Origin: Catajapyx aquilonaris | Lineage: Eukaryota | NCBI GenBank assembly: GCA_000934665.2 | Contig: JYFJ02000400.1 | Span: forward strand, 62,001 to 126,000 | Length of the DNA: 64,000 bases | Direction: 5' to 3' | Shown: one piece after another, positions 40,624-53,549 of the stretch | How the letters are laid out: the number at the start of each line of letters is the position of its first letter | Numbering within the stretch: the stretch's first letter is position 1 | Made by a program: the position numbers and the translations under genes | Notes under the pieces: model-generated | What the model was told of the DNA's origin: nothing | The model's database searches: none | Seen by the model: only the letters and a program-made list of their open reading frames with translations

Positions 40624-41332
40624 AAAATTAAATAAATCTGTGAAAAAAATGCAATGAAGGCAACACAGAATGGAGTGAAACTGTGTTATGGCCATGGAAA
40701 TGTGACATCAAAACTTTTATTACAGTAGGCCTACAGTGTTCTGGGCAGAAAAGAACTAAGTGCACTTATCTGTAGTTAAAATATATATCGAGAGCTTATC
40801 ACACAGGTAAACAGAAGCTCACCTGAATACACTCTCGTCCCAGATATTTATAATTGGCTACGCCTGATTTTCTATGGATAATTAGGCTACATGTGAATAA
40901 AATATATCGGCACATGCCATTCATGCAGTACTAAAGCTGTGGCCTTCAGACACTGCAACAAAGGCTTTAACAAAACCTTATAATTGGTTACTTGGCGAAT
41001 TGCACAAATTCAGTGGAATGGCACAGATTTTAATTGTCATTTTCAACAGCTCAAATTGCATGGATGGATCACAGTGAAACAGTGAAAACAATTTAATATA
41101 TGGCCAAATACTAACTTGATTATTATTTCATATTAATTTGATAACAAATTTTTGTGCCTGTATATTACCACCAGGAACTCTCAGTTTGCCAAGGACCAAC
41201 CTGGTCAATAATATCGATCAATAATAACGGCTTATTATGCCATGTTGATGAAAATGAACAGTATCAAATGAATGGATCCTCTCAGTGAAATGTTTACTTC
41301 ATGGCATGTTCCCTCTATTTATTTTCTATATT

Positions 41333-41530
41333 CTATCCCTATATTATATAAAGCTGAAAGTTTGTACAAAAGTTTAATGTATGTCACGCCTAATTAAGCC
41401 ACTTCCCGGGTACGGAGAGCGCTCAAATTTCGCACAGCCATGTCTTGGATATCGCTGACCCCGAGAAAAGTCCCAAACCCGCACTTTTTTGAGCCTAATA
41501 AGGGCGGTTTTCAGCAGATTTCGCAATTGC
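41333..41530 (+). mobile_element. Possible non-autonomous Helitron-like fragment
   Basis: The 5' end atccctatattatataaagctgaaagtttgt...atgtatgtcacgc...ctcaaatttcgcacag resembles insect Helitron-derived short elements (recalled pattern only); no 3' hairpin/CTAG end identified. Confidence 0.3.
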
Positions 41531-43121
41531 CTAGCAACCTTCACTGTCAACAAGCACAAAAAGAAGGATCTGCCTCTCTCACTAATGTTCTACAAAAATC
41601 AACATTGCATATTCAACAATGAAAACAATATCTGGGTGACGTGAGTAAACAACACCGACAATGCATTCCATTCGGTGGAGAGCCTTCATCGTCTGATGTG
41701 GATCGGACAATTTTACAATTATTGCGCCAACACTTCTATATTTTACAACATGTCTACACATCTGACGTAAATTCTGGTCAGTTGCTGCTAATCCTGTGCA
41801 GGTAATACAGACGGTGTGACTCTTTGTTTTGAAACAAGGAATCCTTTGAGTGAGCAGTTTTTTTGACAATGGATTGATTTTCAGTGCCAACTGACAAATG
41901 TCCATCATGCTGTGGGTGCATCACTTTTTGATCCTGATGTGGAAAAACCTCCTCTTACGCAGGACGCATTTCATCGTGACATGCTGCGAACTATTCCTTC
42001 CTCCATTTATGTCACTGTTTTTGTTGTCATTCAGTGGACAGAGCGACACATATTACAATGAACTAGAAATCCCTGACGTTCAAACAGAAACAGAAATTTT
42101 TGGCCGTCTGTTGAAGCCTCGTTATTGGCCTCATTTGCCGCTCAGGTATGTAATACACTGCAAGGTGAATTTCGCAGCTAATATAACACAAAATATGCTT
42201 CAGGGACTCCAGATAATATCATGACTTTTTATACGACTAATGAATACAGTATACACATTTTTATTGCAGCAAGATTGCTTATGCCCCATCGAACGCATTC
42301 ACTCGTGATGTGATGAAGTCGGTGGAAAACCTCTTCCTGGAACACCAAATTACCGCTGGTAATAATTAATATTTTGTTGGTAATTATTTTGTACTGCTGT
42401 AGATCACAGTGCGGAATGTATAATAATCATGTATGATCACCCGAACATTATTTAAGACGCTTTCTAATAAGAAATGTACATGAAAAGTCCGAGACGTAAC
42501 ATTAGGTCCAGAGTGCATTTCTTGACTTTAAAAGTTATATTTAAAAGGTACTGTACTTTTTAACAGCACGAGGAAGATTCCTAACATTGTACGATGGCAT
42601 CATTGACTTTACAGAATTCAGCTCCTTGGAGACGACAGAGCAAGTAATTTCTCTGTACACCAAAGACCGAGAATCAGCTAAAGATAATGGTAATAAATTG
42701 GCAGGAGTAGTGTTTGATGCGGGCCCGTTTGAGGAAGACCATATTTCAACAACGCAAATCTCATACAGGATCATGCTGTCTCCGGATTTGGTGGCCAATA
42801 CAAAACAATATTACATCGACATTCGAGGTATGTGAATATATGCTAGGCTCAAACCCCGAAGACGGCCATTGGGTGGAAAAAAACGTCCATACTGTATAGA
42901 ATGCTCCATGCCAAACTATCCATTCTGTAGGATGGACGTTTTAATGAAACGGCCAGACCACGAAATGCTCTTTTTAAGGCCAGGGCTCAACAAGTAAATC
43001 ACCCTATTGTTGTTTGGCAAATAGTTGAAATACTGTACTTAGCATTATTTTGATGATGATGTTTGTTTTCCAGGAACTATTACCTCCAAATCTTCCAGGC
43101 ACTGTTATCCTTCAACTACAA

Positions 43122-44385
43122 TAGCCCAGGCATTTTAGGATTTGACCCGGTAAAAAATAATGTAAATTTGAATATTGGAGGAAATGTTCTGTTAAGTGTG
43201 CTGAACAACATATAAACTAATAATAAAATATATAATACTAAAAGTCCTTTGAAGAGCTCCTATTCCGGCGTCATGTTTTTTTTCGGCGCAAGAAGTACAT
43301 AAGTGACACTCGTCGTGGAATTGGCTATAAAAGCAACACTGCTCCTCCGATTTTGTTCGGATTTCTCTTAGAATGTGGAGGATTGTATGTACAACGATCT
43401 TGTGAGGTCAACATGCGACCTTCAGGTCAAGGGGGCCATGAAAATGACCGCCCAATTTGAATGTTTCGCCTTGCACTTCAGAAACATCAAAATAATACGT
43501 CCTGCGCGACTGACTAGACAAAATGTGTAGGGCCTAAGATGCTTCCCCGTACCTTCCCCTTTCCAGCGATATATCTGGCATGTTTGTGCGATCATCTGTT
43601 TCACAACTGTTAACGCATCATGATAGCGCTCGTGCAGCCGTCATCGCTCAATCCGAGCCGCGCTGAATCAGTGTCTCCTTCTGATGGTTAGAAGCAAAAT
43701 TAGAAACACGTTGCTAACAATCCTTTTTATACTAATTCGACCACGCTGATTTCGAAAATCGCTGTTAGCACTCTGCATTTTGGGTATTGTGCTCCCAAAA
43801 CAAGATGGCGTCCAATAGCCTACGTATTACGTCATTTCCCAAAATTACAACGTTTTGGCGTGTTTTGCCCTAAATATCGCAGGCGAGGTATGGTTTTAGG
43901 GGGTTTCTGGGTCGCTAAGATCATCCATGGGTGACCCAAGGCCCTATGACGTCATCAGAATAAGAAAATTTGAAATTGGGGGCACTTTTACGAATTTGAA
44001 AGGGCTTGTTCATAACACACACATAAGGCTGTCGCAGAATACGTTGTGACTTGCAATATTTTATTTCATGATGACAAATCCATAGACAAAGGATTGTAAC
44101 CATCAGACAAGTCCAGTAATTACTATAGCGTGCCAAGCATCGTGTACCTGTGTATCTTTTCTACCTGTGTAGGCCTATACAAGGTGCGTATACAAAGGTG
44201 TGTATATACAAGGTGCGGAAACTTAGCGTGCCTTCTGTTTGGGGAATGCTAGAGGGGTTCTAGGCGATCATTTTAAGTGTAGGTAATCGTGCGTCTGCGA
44301 AGTATAGTTAGCCTACTGAGATAATTATTAGCATAAAATAAAAAGTCAATTTTAGCTTATCTTCTATGCCTCGGATACAGATCTT
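43122..44385 (+). mobile_element. Dispersed repeat, copy 1 of a family also at 49928-50760 (+) and about 52070-53690 (-)
   Basis: Shared blocks such as tagcccaggcatttta, gtgtgctgaacaacata and ccgagccgcgctgaatcagtgtctccttctgatggttagaagc. Confidence 0.85.
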
Positions 44386-44954
44386 ATAATGGCTCCGCTG
44401 CACTGAAATAGGAACTAGGTCAGTTTTTGCCCTTTGGACACCTTTTGGTGTGGCTGTGGAAGGTCACACATTCATGAATACAGCAAAGTGATTGCACAGG
44501 TCGATGATGCATTTTGTGCCATTGAATTATATGAAAACGTCTGTCTCTCTTCCTTTCACATATCGCTACAGCGAATAACCAGCTGGCAATGCGCATTAGC
44601 CGAACGGATATCACAGAGCGCACGCTTAGATACTCTGGGAATAATACTGTGTTGTTGGGAATGATACTGTCACAAACTAACATGTTTAAGGAAACCATGG
44701 TCCACATGCTATCGGTTTTAGTCACTCAGATTCCAACTGCGTCAAGATGTAAGAACCGCACCCCATGTCCGCTCTTTCGTGGAATTGCCCATTGACAAGT
44801 GACTCGGCGGGGAGAGCCAGTCACATTGGTTTGGGGCAGGAATGTAGGAGGACAGGCCCCACCGAGGGCCCCACCTCTTAAAGCTTCAAAATTTGGAACC
44901 CAGAGGGGGGGGGNGGAAGTCAGCTTTCTCATGCTGTCTGAGTAGAAAGGACTC

Positions 44955-45046
44955 CGGGGGAGTTCACAAGATGACCACAGCACCGACATTGCACTGCACT
45001 ATGCACATCCCCTCCTGCAAGGCTACTGTCACCCTGCCCGTGGGCC
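44955..45046 (+). mobile_element. Partial copy of the SINE body found at 58.4-58.8 kb
   Basis: ccgggggagttcac...gcacatcccctcctg...cctgcccgtgggcc matches the reverse complement of about 58608-58690. Confidence 0.6.
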
Positions 45047-45164
45047 CGGGCTTATAGGCACCAAGGTACCATGTTTGTACACATTCATGTTCTGTGTACA
45101 TGGTACCTTGGTGCCTATTATGAAAGCCCGGGTTGTTCTGTATTGAGTTGTTCTGTATAATAAT

Positions 45165-45219
<55 letters not shown>
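45165..45219. repeat. (AAC)n microsatellite
   Basis: Read directly from the sequence. Confidence 0.95.
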
Positions 45220-45370
45220 TCACGACATTTCCCTATGAGGGGTAGTCAGCGATGAAGGGAGACGCAAGCTAACCCAACATATGAACTAATAAAACTCATA
45301 TACGAATAAACCTAAAAACAACCTGTCCCACCCCCCACCCCTGCCCACCTCAGACATCACCTTATCACCT

Positions 45371-45372
<2 letters not shown>

Positions 45373-45442
<70 letters not shown>
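45373..45442. repeat. (AAT)n microsatellite
   Basis: Read directly from the sequence. Confidence 0.95.
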
Positions 45443-45443
<1 letters not shown>

Positions 45444-48400
45444 TACTTCATGACAACAAAAACTCAAATCTCAAAAGGACACAAATGGACCTAGGGCACA
45501 TCGGAATCCCGTCTCTTATGATGAAGGTAATAGTTCCTGGAAAATAAACAGCATCATCAAATGTTAAGTTTTTCATCCATTTGCTAAACAACAATATAAT
45601 TATAGTGATTTATTTCCAGCATCTAGCTACATAATATGGCATAGGGTGGGAATCAGGAAACTGCCACAACGAGTTATGGGCGTCTTCTAAACCAGCCATT
45701 CCGACACGAAATTGGCGTCCTGGGACATATAAGTTTAGCCCAGGAAAGCGTTATGGCCTTTTTAAAAAGAGCATTTCGGAGTTTGGCCGTTTCATTAAAA
45801 CATCCACATTCTGCTGAATGGACGGTTTTTTCGCCCAATGGCCGTTTTCGGGGTTTGAGCCTAACATATACATTGCATTACCAACAGTATTATTTGCATA
45901 ATTATCATGTATTCGGTTATGTTCATTATATAGACTACATTGCTAATACCAACACTTTCTCTTGCACTTTCTCACATGAATTTTGCTACAGATATAAGAT
46001 ATACTGAGCAGGGATTCTCTGGAATTCAGATAGCGGTTGACAAAGGAATTATTGAAACTCTGTGCTCCCGCCAAGGCTCCCGCGCCTGCACCACTGCGTC
46101 ACTGCCAAAAGTCAGATTTGCCCAACACTTCTCTTTTTTATGCGAGGGACAGTCAAAACAAATTAAGACTGATTTTTAATGCGCTAAAGAGAATTAGTTC
46201 ATGACTAGCGGTGAGTGTATAGGTGTATATTATAATCCCCTCAAAAACGCACTCGTAAAAAAACGCGCCGTCTTCCGCCGAAAAAACCTTTCAGATAGTG
46301 TCTGGGAGGCCAGCCTTGTCCACTCCGCCGTACAAAGTCGTGAGATCGTGGTGGACGCCAATTCCTTTCTTCGAGGCTATAAGCTAAGTGAGATGACTTG
46401 GCCTGACCTGGTTCACGGGCACGAGGCACAATATACGCGTTCAGTTCGCTGGAATTTGGTAAAGTTATTGTTCTCCCAATTTTAGCTGTACGACTTTCAA
46501 GTCTAATTAACCGCGATTGTAATCATGTGCGGTTCGAAGGTGACATTTTGTAGTTCCTGTGATACGAATGAGAGGTCCAAGTATATTTATAATTAGGCCC
46601 TAATGAATAAAGGAACTATATACGTGCTTTTAAGGTGGAGTTGTTACGTTAATGAACTGACTGTCATGAACCACATGCAGCTATTTGGAATGGTATTGTT
46701 CAGATTTTTGAGGCCGTTTGCTTGAATTATTGTCTTTTTGCTAAGGTTATCAGCCTAAATGGATGGCTATAAGTCGATGATAAGTAATGAAGAATTAGTA
46801 TACCCATGAGAATTCCACTCGCAGAAACACAATACACAAGTTAATTATATTAGCAGTGATTTTGCAGAAAGGCTGACAACTTATCTACAATTTGGAGAAA
46901 AAATATGGACCAACATTAACTGATTCTTTTTTGATACAGCTAAAAGGTCTGAGTAGCGCACAGGCCTTGAGGGAAGGACAGGGATTGATTGCAAAGCTGG
47001 GACTGTTGAACAAGTGGAATCAACTGTCTTCGTCGTTGTCTGGAGGACAGAAAAGGAAACTGTCTCTGGCCATCGCTTTGATAGGCGGCTCGAAGGTGCT
47101 GAGTTAATATTTTCACATGCATTTCACCATAATTATTATCATTTACAAATATCTGAACAGGTGGTGATTCTTGATGAGCCAACGTCTGGGATGGATCCGG
47201 AGGCTAGACGAAGTGTTTGGGACTTGCTTCTGGTATAACGACACGTTTATTGACCCTATATCATTGAACTATAGAGACGTCACCAAACCTTCTTTCTATA
47301 TTTTGACAGGGATTTAGAGGACAAAAAACTATAGTCATAACCACCCATTTCATGGAAGAGGCCGACGTTTTGGGAGAAAGAATCGCCATCATGGCTCATG
47401 GAAAGGTCCAGTGTTGCGGAAGCCCACTCTTTCTCAAGACGTTTTACGGTCAGAACCATTAATGGCAGCTATAAACAAGTACAAAACACACCGATCGGCA
47501 CCGTAACTATTTTTGCTTGCACTATTACAGGAACCGGATATATACTGAAGATGACCACACTACCCAACTGCAACGTGAACAAAGTGACGCAAGCAGTGCA
47601 GGCCATTATTCCTGACTCTCAATTGAAGGCAGCCATGGGGTCAGAAGTGTCCTACCTTCTTCCCACTGACAAAACCGCCAGTTTCCCTTCCTTATTTGAG
47701 ACACTGGATTCCAATAAAAATGGCCTGGGAATAGCTGCCTTTGGAGTGTCACTTACCACAATGGAAGAAGTGTTCTTGAAGTATAAATAAGTTTAATGTA
47801 CTTGTGCATCAGAAATAACAGTAGCCTCTAATTGATTTTGGAATTCTGTCATTTTCCAGAGTTGGAGATATTGCGGATCAAGGAATTAATGCAACGGCGA
47901 CCGGACATGCTCCCGCTCTGGAATTATCATTGGAGACAAAATCGGGTAAGAAAACCAGGTGGCAAGGGATTGTTTTGATAGAAATAGTGTATAGCCCAAC
48001 CCCGACATAATTATAACTTTTGGATGTTAATAACATGATGTATGTGCCACCTGTATGGAAGACAAAATACATTGTAATCCAGTATGTGCCACATCATGAT
48101 CCTTACCCTTTTTCTCAAAACTGTTGAAATGACGCGAATAAACCTGAAAATATTCCATATAGCTACGTGATGACTGAAAACCTTTTTGCTTTTGCCAGGT
48201 CCTACCAGGAGGCTCATTAAAAGTCGTGGTTTCGCTCTATTGCTGCAACAGACTACTGCCCTGTTTCGCAAACTCATGCTTAATTCTATGAGAAAGTGGA
48301 TGACGTTGGTTTTTCAGGTAGGTCTCTTTTTTCTATTTTGGATCGCAGCGATCATAATTACGCAATATTTCAGGCAATTATACCAATTCTGCTTACTCTG

Positions 48401-51020
48401 TTGTGTGTACACGTGAGCGCGAGCCCGTCAGAGTCTACCGGCCCAGGGAAGCTGCCGCCATTGACGTTAAGCCTGGATGCATACAGCCCAGACAGCTTCC
48501 CAGTCCTTATCGTTCCAGATCGTGATGAGTTCAATGGATATTCCTCCTTCTATGAGAAAATGCTACCGTGGTCAGTAGTTGGTCAGATCAGTACGAGCCA
48601 AGATCTGGCAGCAGATTTCCTACAAGCCTCAAGAGACTCGTTACAATCGTACAAAAAGAAGTACATAGTGGCCGACGACTTCAGTGGCATTGCGGACAAT
48701 ACCCCGTCTATCACCGCCATATACGGAATATCTGCATTACACGGAGCTGGAATTTCCATAAATTTAGTGGACAATGCCGTCCTGAAGAAAAAAGTTGGCG
48801 AAAAATACTCTATTACGACTATCAACGATCCATTCCCATCAGACGATGTGAGTTTTTCGATGCTTTATTCTGAAAAATAAGGTAGTACGTATGTACGGGG
48901 TATGAAATTGTTCATACTGAACATTAGGAATTATTCCTCTTTCTTTGAAGGTAAGGCACCATATTAGCCCAGTACCTGCTATTATTATATTACGGTGAAT
49001 GTGTGTTTGTTTTGTCAGTACTCATTAGTCGATCTAATCTACTATAATTATATCTTTATCCAACAGGCAGGAACTAGAGATTTTCCAAGTGACAGTCAGC
49101 TTGTTAGCTACAGCACGGCATTTTCCAATTACTTGTTCATCGGTTTGGCTCTTCTGGCTGCGTCTTTCGTTGCGTTTCCAATCCAAGAAACAGTGTCTAA
49201 ATCGAAGCAGCTCCAGTTGATGACTGGTGTATCGCCTCTTCTCTACTGGTCCACATCCCTACTTTGGGATATGGTCATATATCTCATAGTAGTGTGTATT
49301 ATGCTGCTGTGCTTCGCCGCTCTGGACACGAATGGTATTTACACTTCAGGAAATGGACTAGGTAATGTACGGTATCGTCTGTTCTAGCATATTAGCAATA
49401 ACAATGTGTGAGATATTTTTTGACAAAAATATCTCACACATTTTTCTATTAGGTGAAACTCTTAATGAACAGTGTTATGCTTGTTAATTTACTATGTTAC
49501 AGCTCTGAATAATTAGTATCTTCTCTTGGGTTACGTAACTATTGGGATTAGTGATCAGGCCCTTTGCCAGGGGTTTATAGGATCAATGTGTTTCAAGTTT
49601 AACTAGACAAGGATGGATCCTCACTTCCTGAATAGTTTATTTTTAATTGCCATTCAGTAACTGAAACTCGTTGCTTGTCATTGCAGGCTCTATCTTCTCA
49701 TTGTTATTTGCATTCGGCTGGGCTGGAATGACAGTCTCTTACTTGACAAGCTTCTGCGCCAAAACAGTCGCCGGAGGATATGCTCTCGTCGCATTTCTTT
49801 ATGTATTTATTGGTATGAAAGTATTGGATTTTCACCCTCGGTTACTTTTGAGTACAAAATCAAATAAGGTGTATACGCAGTAGTGCGGTCGATGTACAAT
49901 TTATTATATTAACTCAATCGACAGTAATAGCCCGGTAAAAAATAATGTGGGTATGAAAATTGGAGGAAATGTTTCGTTAAGTGTGCTGAACAACATACTA
50001 AAAGTCCTATGGGCTCCTATGCCGGCGTCACGTTTTTTTTTCGGCGCAAAAAGTACATATGTGACACTCGCCGTGGAATTGGCTATAAAAGCAACACTAC
50101 GTCTCAGATTTTGTTAGGATTTCTCTTACAATGTGGAGGATTGGATGTGAAACGATCTTGTGAGGTCAACATGCCACCTTCAGGTCAAGGGGGCTATGAA
50201 AATGACCGCCCAGTTTGAATGTTTCGCTCCGCACTTCAAAAACATCAAAATAATACGTCCTGCGCAACTGACTCGACAAAATGTGTAGGGGGTAAAATGC
50301 TTCCCCGTACCTTCCCTTTTCCAGCGATATCTCTGGCATGTTTGTGCGATCATCTGTTTCACAACTGTAACGCATTTTGTGATGGCGCTCGTGCAGCCGC
50401 CATCGCTCAATCCGAGCCGCGCTGAATCAGTGTCTCCTTCTGATGGTTAGAAGCAAAATTAGAAGCACGTTGCTAACAATCCTTTTTATACTAATTCGAC
50501 CACGCTGATTTCGAAAATCGCTGTTAGCACTCTGCATTTTGGGTCATTGTGCGATTTGTGCCCCCAAACCAAGATGGCGTCCAAGATTGCGCCATTTCCC
50601 AAAATTACAACGGTTTGGCGTGTTTCACCCTAAATATCGCAAGCGAGGTACGGTTTTAGGGGGTTTCTGGGTCGCTGAGATCAGCAATGGGTGACCCAAG
50701 GCCCTATGACGTCATCAGAATAAGAAAATTTGAAATTGAGGGTACTTTTACGAATTTGTAACAATTCTGATTTGTATCAACTGCAATGGTACACATCAAT
50801 GAATGGTATGCTATCGCTTTCTCTAGCAAATACGTTGATAAGTCGGCTACCGTTAAGGGAAATCGTGTCCAAAATAATTCACTCTTCTTGTTTGTCACCT
50901 CCCGAAGTCGCTTGAGACTTTGTTCCTTGCACTCAGACAACGGCAAGAAACTGCGCAGCTTACATGTCTCTGGTATCATTGGGGAGCACTTACGGTACGT
51001 ATTTACTTTTCGACGTCGGT

Positions 51021-51199
51021 ACGTCTTTAAAATCGGATCAGGGGGCATGCAGGCAAACTCGAGCGTTACAGAAAAGCGTTACAGTCTATTATAACAAAGA
51101 ATATTATAACCCAGTCTGCAATAACTGACACTTTTCTGTAACCCTTTTCTGTAACGCTCGAATTTGGCTGCATGCCCCCTGATCCGATTTTAAAGACGT
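51021..51199. mobile_element. About 180-bp MITE/hairpin with about 60-bp inverted arms
   Basis: acgtctttaaaatcggatcagggggcatgcag ... ctgcatgccccctgatccgattttaaagacgt. Confidence 0.75.
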
Positions 51200-53152
51200 G
51201 TCCAAGCCTGTGTGACCTGACAGGGTAGGTTGTGCACACAAAAGACTGGGGTTCGTACTAGCTCTGGTTTATTCCACTTGCTGTTTGACATTGAGACACA
51301 CCGGATAGGATGATAGTGCTTGAAGAAGGGAGGAGAGGTATATGGACAAGGTCCGATCTCCGGCGGAGCTACCGGAGAAAGGCCTCGATACATAAATGGT
51401 ACTGGCTTTTATAGATTTGGTTATGTACTACAGGCATGATGGGTAAGGATGGGGTATTCTCGAGACACGTCATATTTACAGTTGTACAAGATCAAAGAGA
51501 GACACGTGGCTGAAGGCCATAGTAAAATACAACAATATACAAAAGATTATTCCAGTAGCGATAAGTGCGATTACACGTGCATACAAGTACCCGAGTAATG
51601 ACCGGATCAAATACATCGTCATCAAATACGGCCACACCTGCAAGTCCGTGCCATTATAGTCGAGAAAAGTGAAAGAGTCATAATGTATACGTTGAGCCCG
51701 CAAAAGCTGCGGCTTGTGTCCCCGACACAACCTGATTTGATTTTTTAATATTATTTGTAATTTTTTTTACGTTACCCCGTGATAGGGCCAGAGGTCCTTA
51801 TAGGGGGGTGGATTACCATACTTTTTCCTTCAATTTTCTGATTTTTTTCCCCTTCTAACTTCGGTGCAAGGGTGAAAGGACATGGGGTAAGGATGGGGAT
51901 TTTTTTTGGGAGGGAACATGGGTGCAAGTGCAATGTCGGTAAAGATAATTGGTTTCAAATGCAAGGTATAAAATATCCCGGCAGGTATTATGAGGTATTA
52001 CCGTGCAATTTAATTTTAAGTTGCGATTCCAATAGGTGTAGCAGGCAATGGCCTAGGTGATGCAAGTGTCATAATCTGTATCCGAGGCATAGAATATAAG
52101 CTAAAATTCACTTTATATTTTTGTGCTAATTACCGGTACCTCAGTATAGGATAACTATACTTCGGAGACCCCACGATTACCTACGCTTAAAATGATCGCC
52201 TAGAACCCCTCTAGCATTCGCCAAAGAGAATGCATGCGCTAAGTTTCTGCACCTTGTATACAGCTATGGCTACACAGGTATAGAAAAGTTACACAGGTAG
52301 ATGATGCTTGGCGCGCTAGTAATTACTGGACTTGTCTGATGGTTACAATCCTTTGACTATGCATTTGTCATCATGAAATAAAATATTGCTGATCGGAAAG
52401 TATACTAAGGTATATTCTGTGACAGCCTTATGTCTGTGTTATGAACAATAAGCCCTTTCAAATTTGTAAAAGTACCCGTAATTTCAAATTTTCTGATTCT
52501 GATGACGTCATATGACCTTGGGTCACCCATGGATGATCTTAGCGACCCAGAAGACCCCTAAAACCATACCTCGCTTGCGATATTTAGGGTGAAACACGCC
52601 AAACCGTTGTAATTTTGGGAAATGGCGTAATCTTGGACCTTGTTTTGGGGGCACAAGGACCCGAAATGCAGAGTGCTAACAGCGATTTTCGAAATCCGCG
52701 TGGTCGAATTAGTCTAAAAAGAATTGTTAGCAACGTGTTTCTATAATTTTGCTTCTAACCATCAGAAGGAGACACTGATTCAGCGCGGCTCGGATGGAGA
52801 GATGACGGCTGCACGAGCGCTATCATGATGCGTTACAGTTGTGAAACAGATGATCGCACAAACATGACAGAGATATCGCTGGAAAGGGGAAGGTACGGGG
52901 AAGCATTTTAGGCCCTACACATTTTGTCGAATCAGTTGCGCAGGACGTATTATTTTGATGTTTTTGAAGTGCGATGCGAAACATTCAAACTGGGCGGTCA
53001 TTTTCATGGCCCCCTTGACCTGAAGGTGGCATGTTGACCTCACAAGATCGTTTCACATCCAATCATGCACATTGTAAGAGAAATCCTAACAAAATCGGAG
53101 GAGTAGTGTTGCTTTCATAGCCAGTTCCACGGCGAGTGTCACTTATGTACTT

Positions 53153-53549
53153 TAGCTGCCAACGCTCCCGCATTTACGTGTTCTCCCCTGCCCCCCCCNN
53201 NNNNNCCCCCCCCCCCCCTCACGCACGGTTATTTCTCCCGCCGTAGAGACTATCGTTAAATTATTATTCTCAAATTTATAGTATTTTATTAGTATTACAT
53301 TGCATGAAGTCCTTTAAATAAGTAGCCATAACGGGGGAGTAGGTAATGTAACGCTATCTATCTCTGAAGGGAGTAAGTAGTAACAGACGCAATCATTATG
53401 TGTGCATACTGGTAAATAAATGTGCCTGAAACATTGCTGTAATTTGATTTTTTTACTTTATATGAAAATCCCCCTCTCAGATGGCCAATCCCCCTCATTA
53501 TGTCATTCCCTCCCCCTCATTTTTTGGTAGGGTTGGCACTTGGCAGCTC
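53153..53549. mobile_element. Nested non-autonomous DNA element of about 400 bp with short TIRs (AGCTGCCAA) and 4-bp TSD ACTT
   Basis: Interrupts the repeat arm; the empty site is visible in copy 1 as gcaagaagtacata. ACTT at 53149-53152 and 53550-53553. Spans an N gap at 53199-53205. Confidence 0.7.

Larger units (their letters stand above)
42837..45870. mobile_element. Inverted-repeat-bounded element of about 3 kb in ABCA intron 3 (arms about 42837-43088 and 45520-45870) with nested insertions
   Basis: tatatgctaggctcaaaccccgaagacggccattggg pairs with cccaatggccgttttcggggtttgagcctaacatata; tttccaggaactattacc pairs with ggtaatagttcctggaaa. Confidence 0.7.

Noticed and set aside
43074..43130. 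Apparent ABCA exon after ttttccAG
   Set aside because: Lies in an inverted-repeat arm and has no ABCA-like translation.
46201..46485. 94-aa ORF near the deletion junction
   Set aside because: Intronic with no recognisable motif; it does not supply the missing TMD1 sequence.
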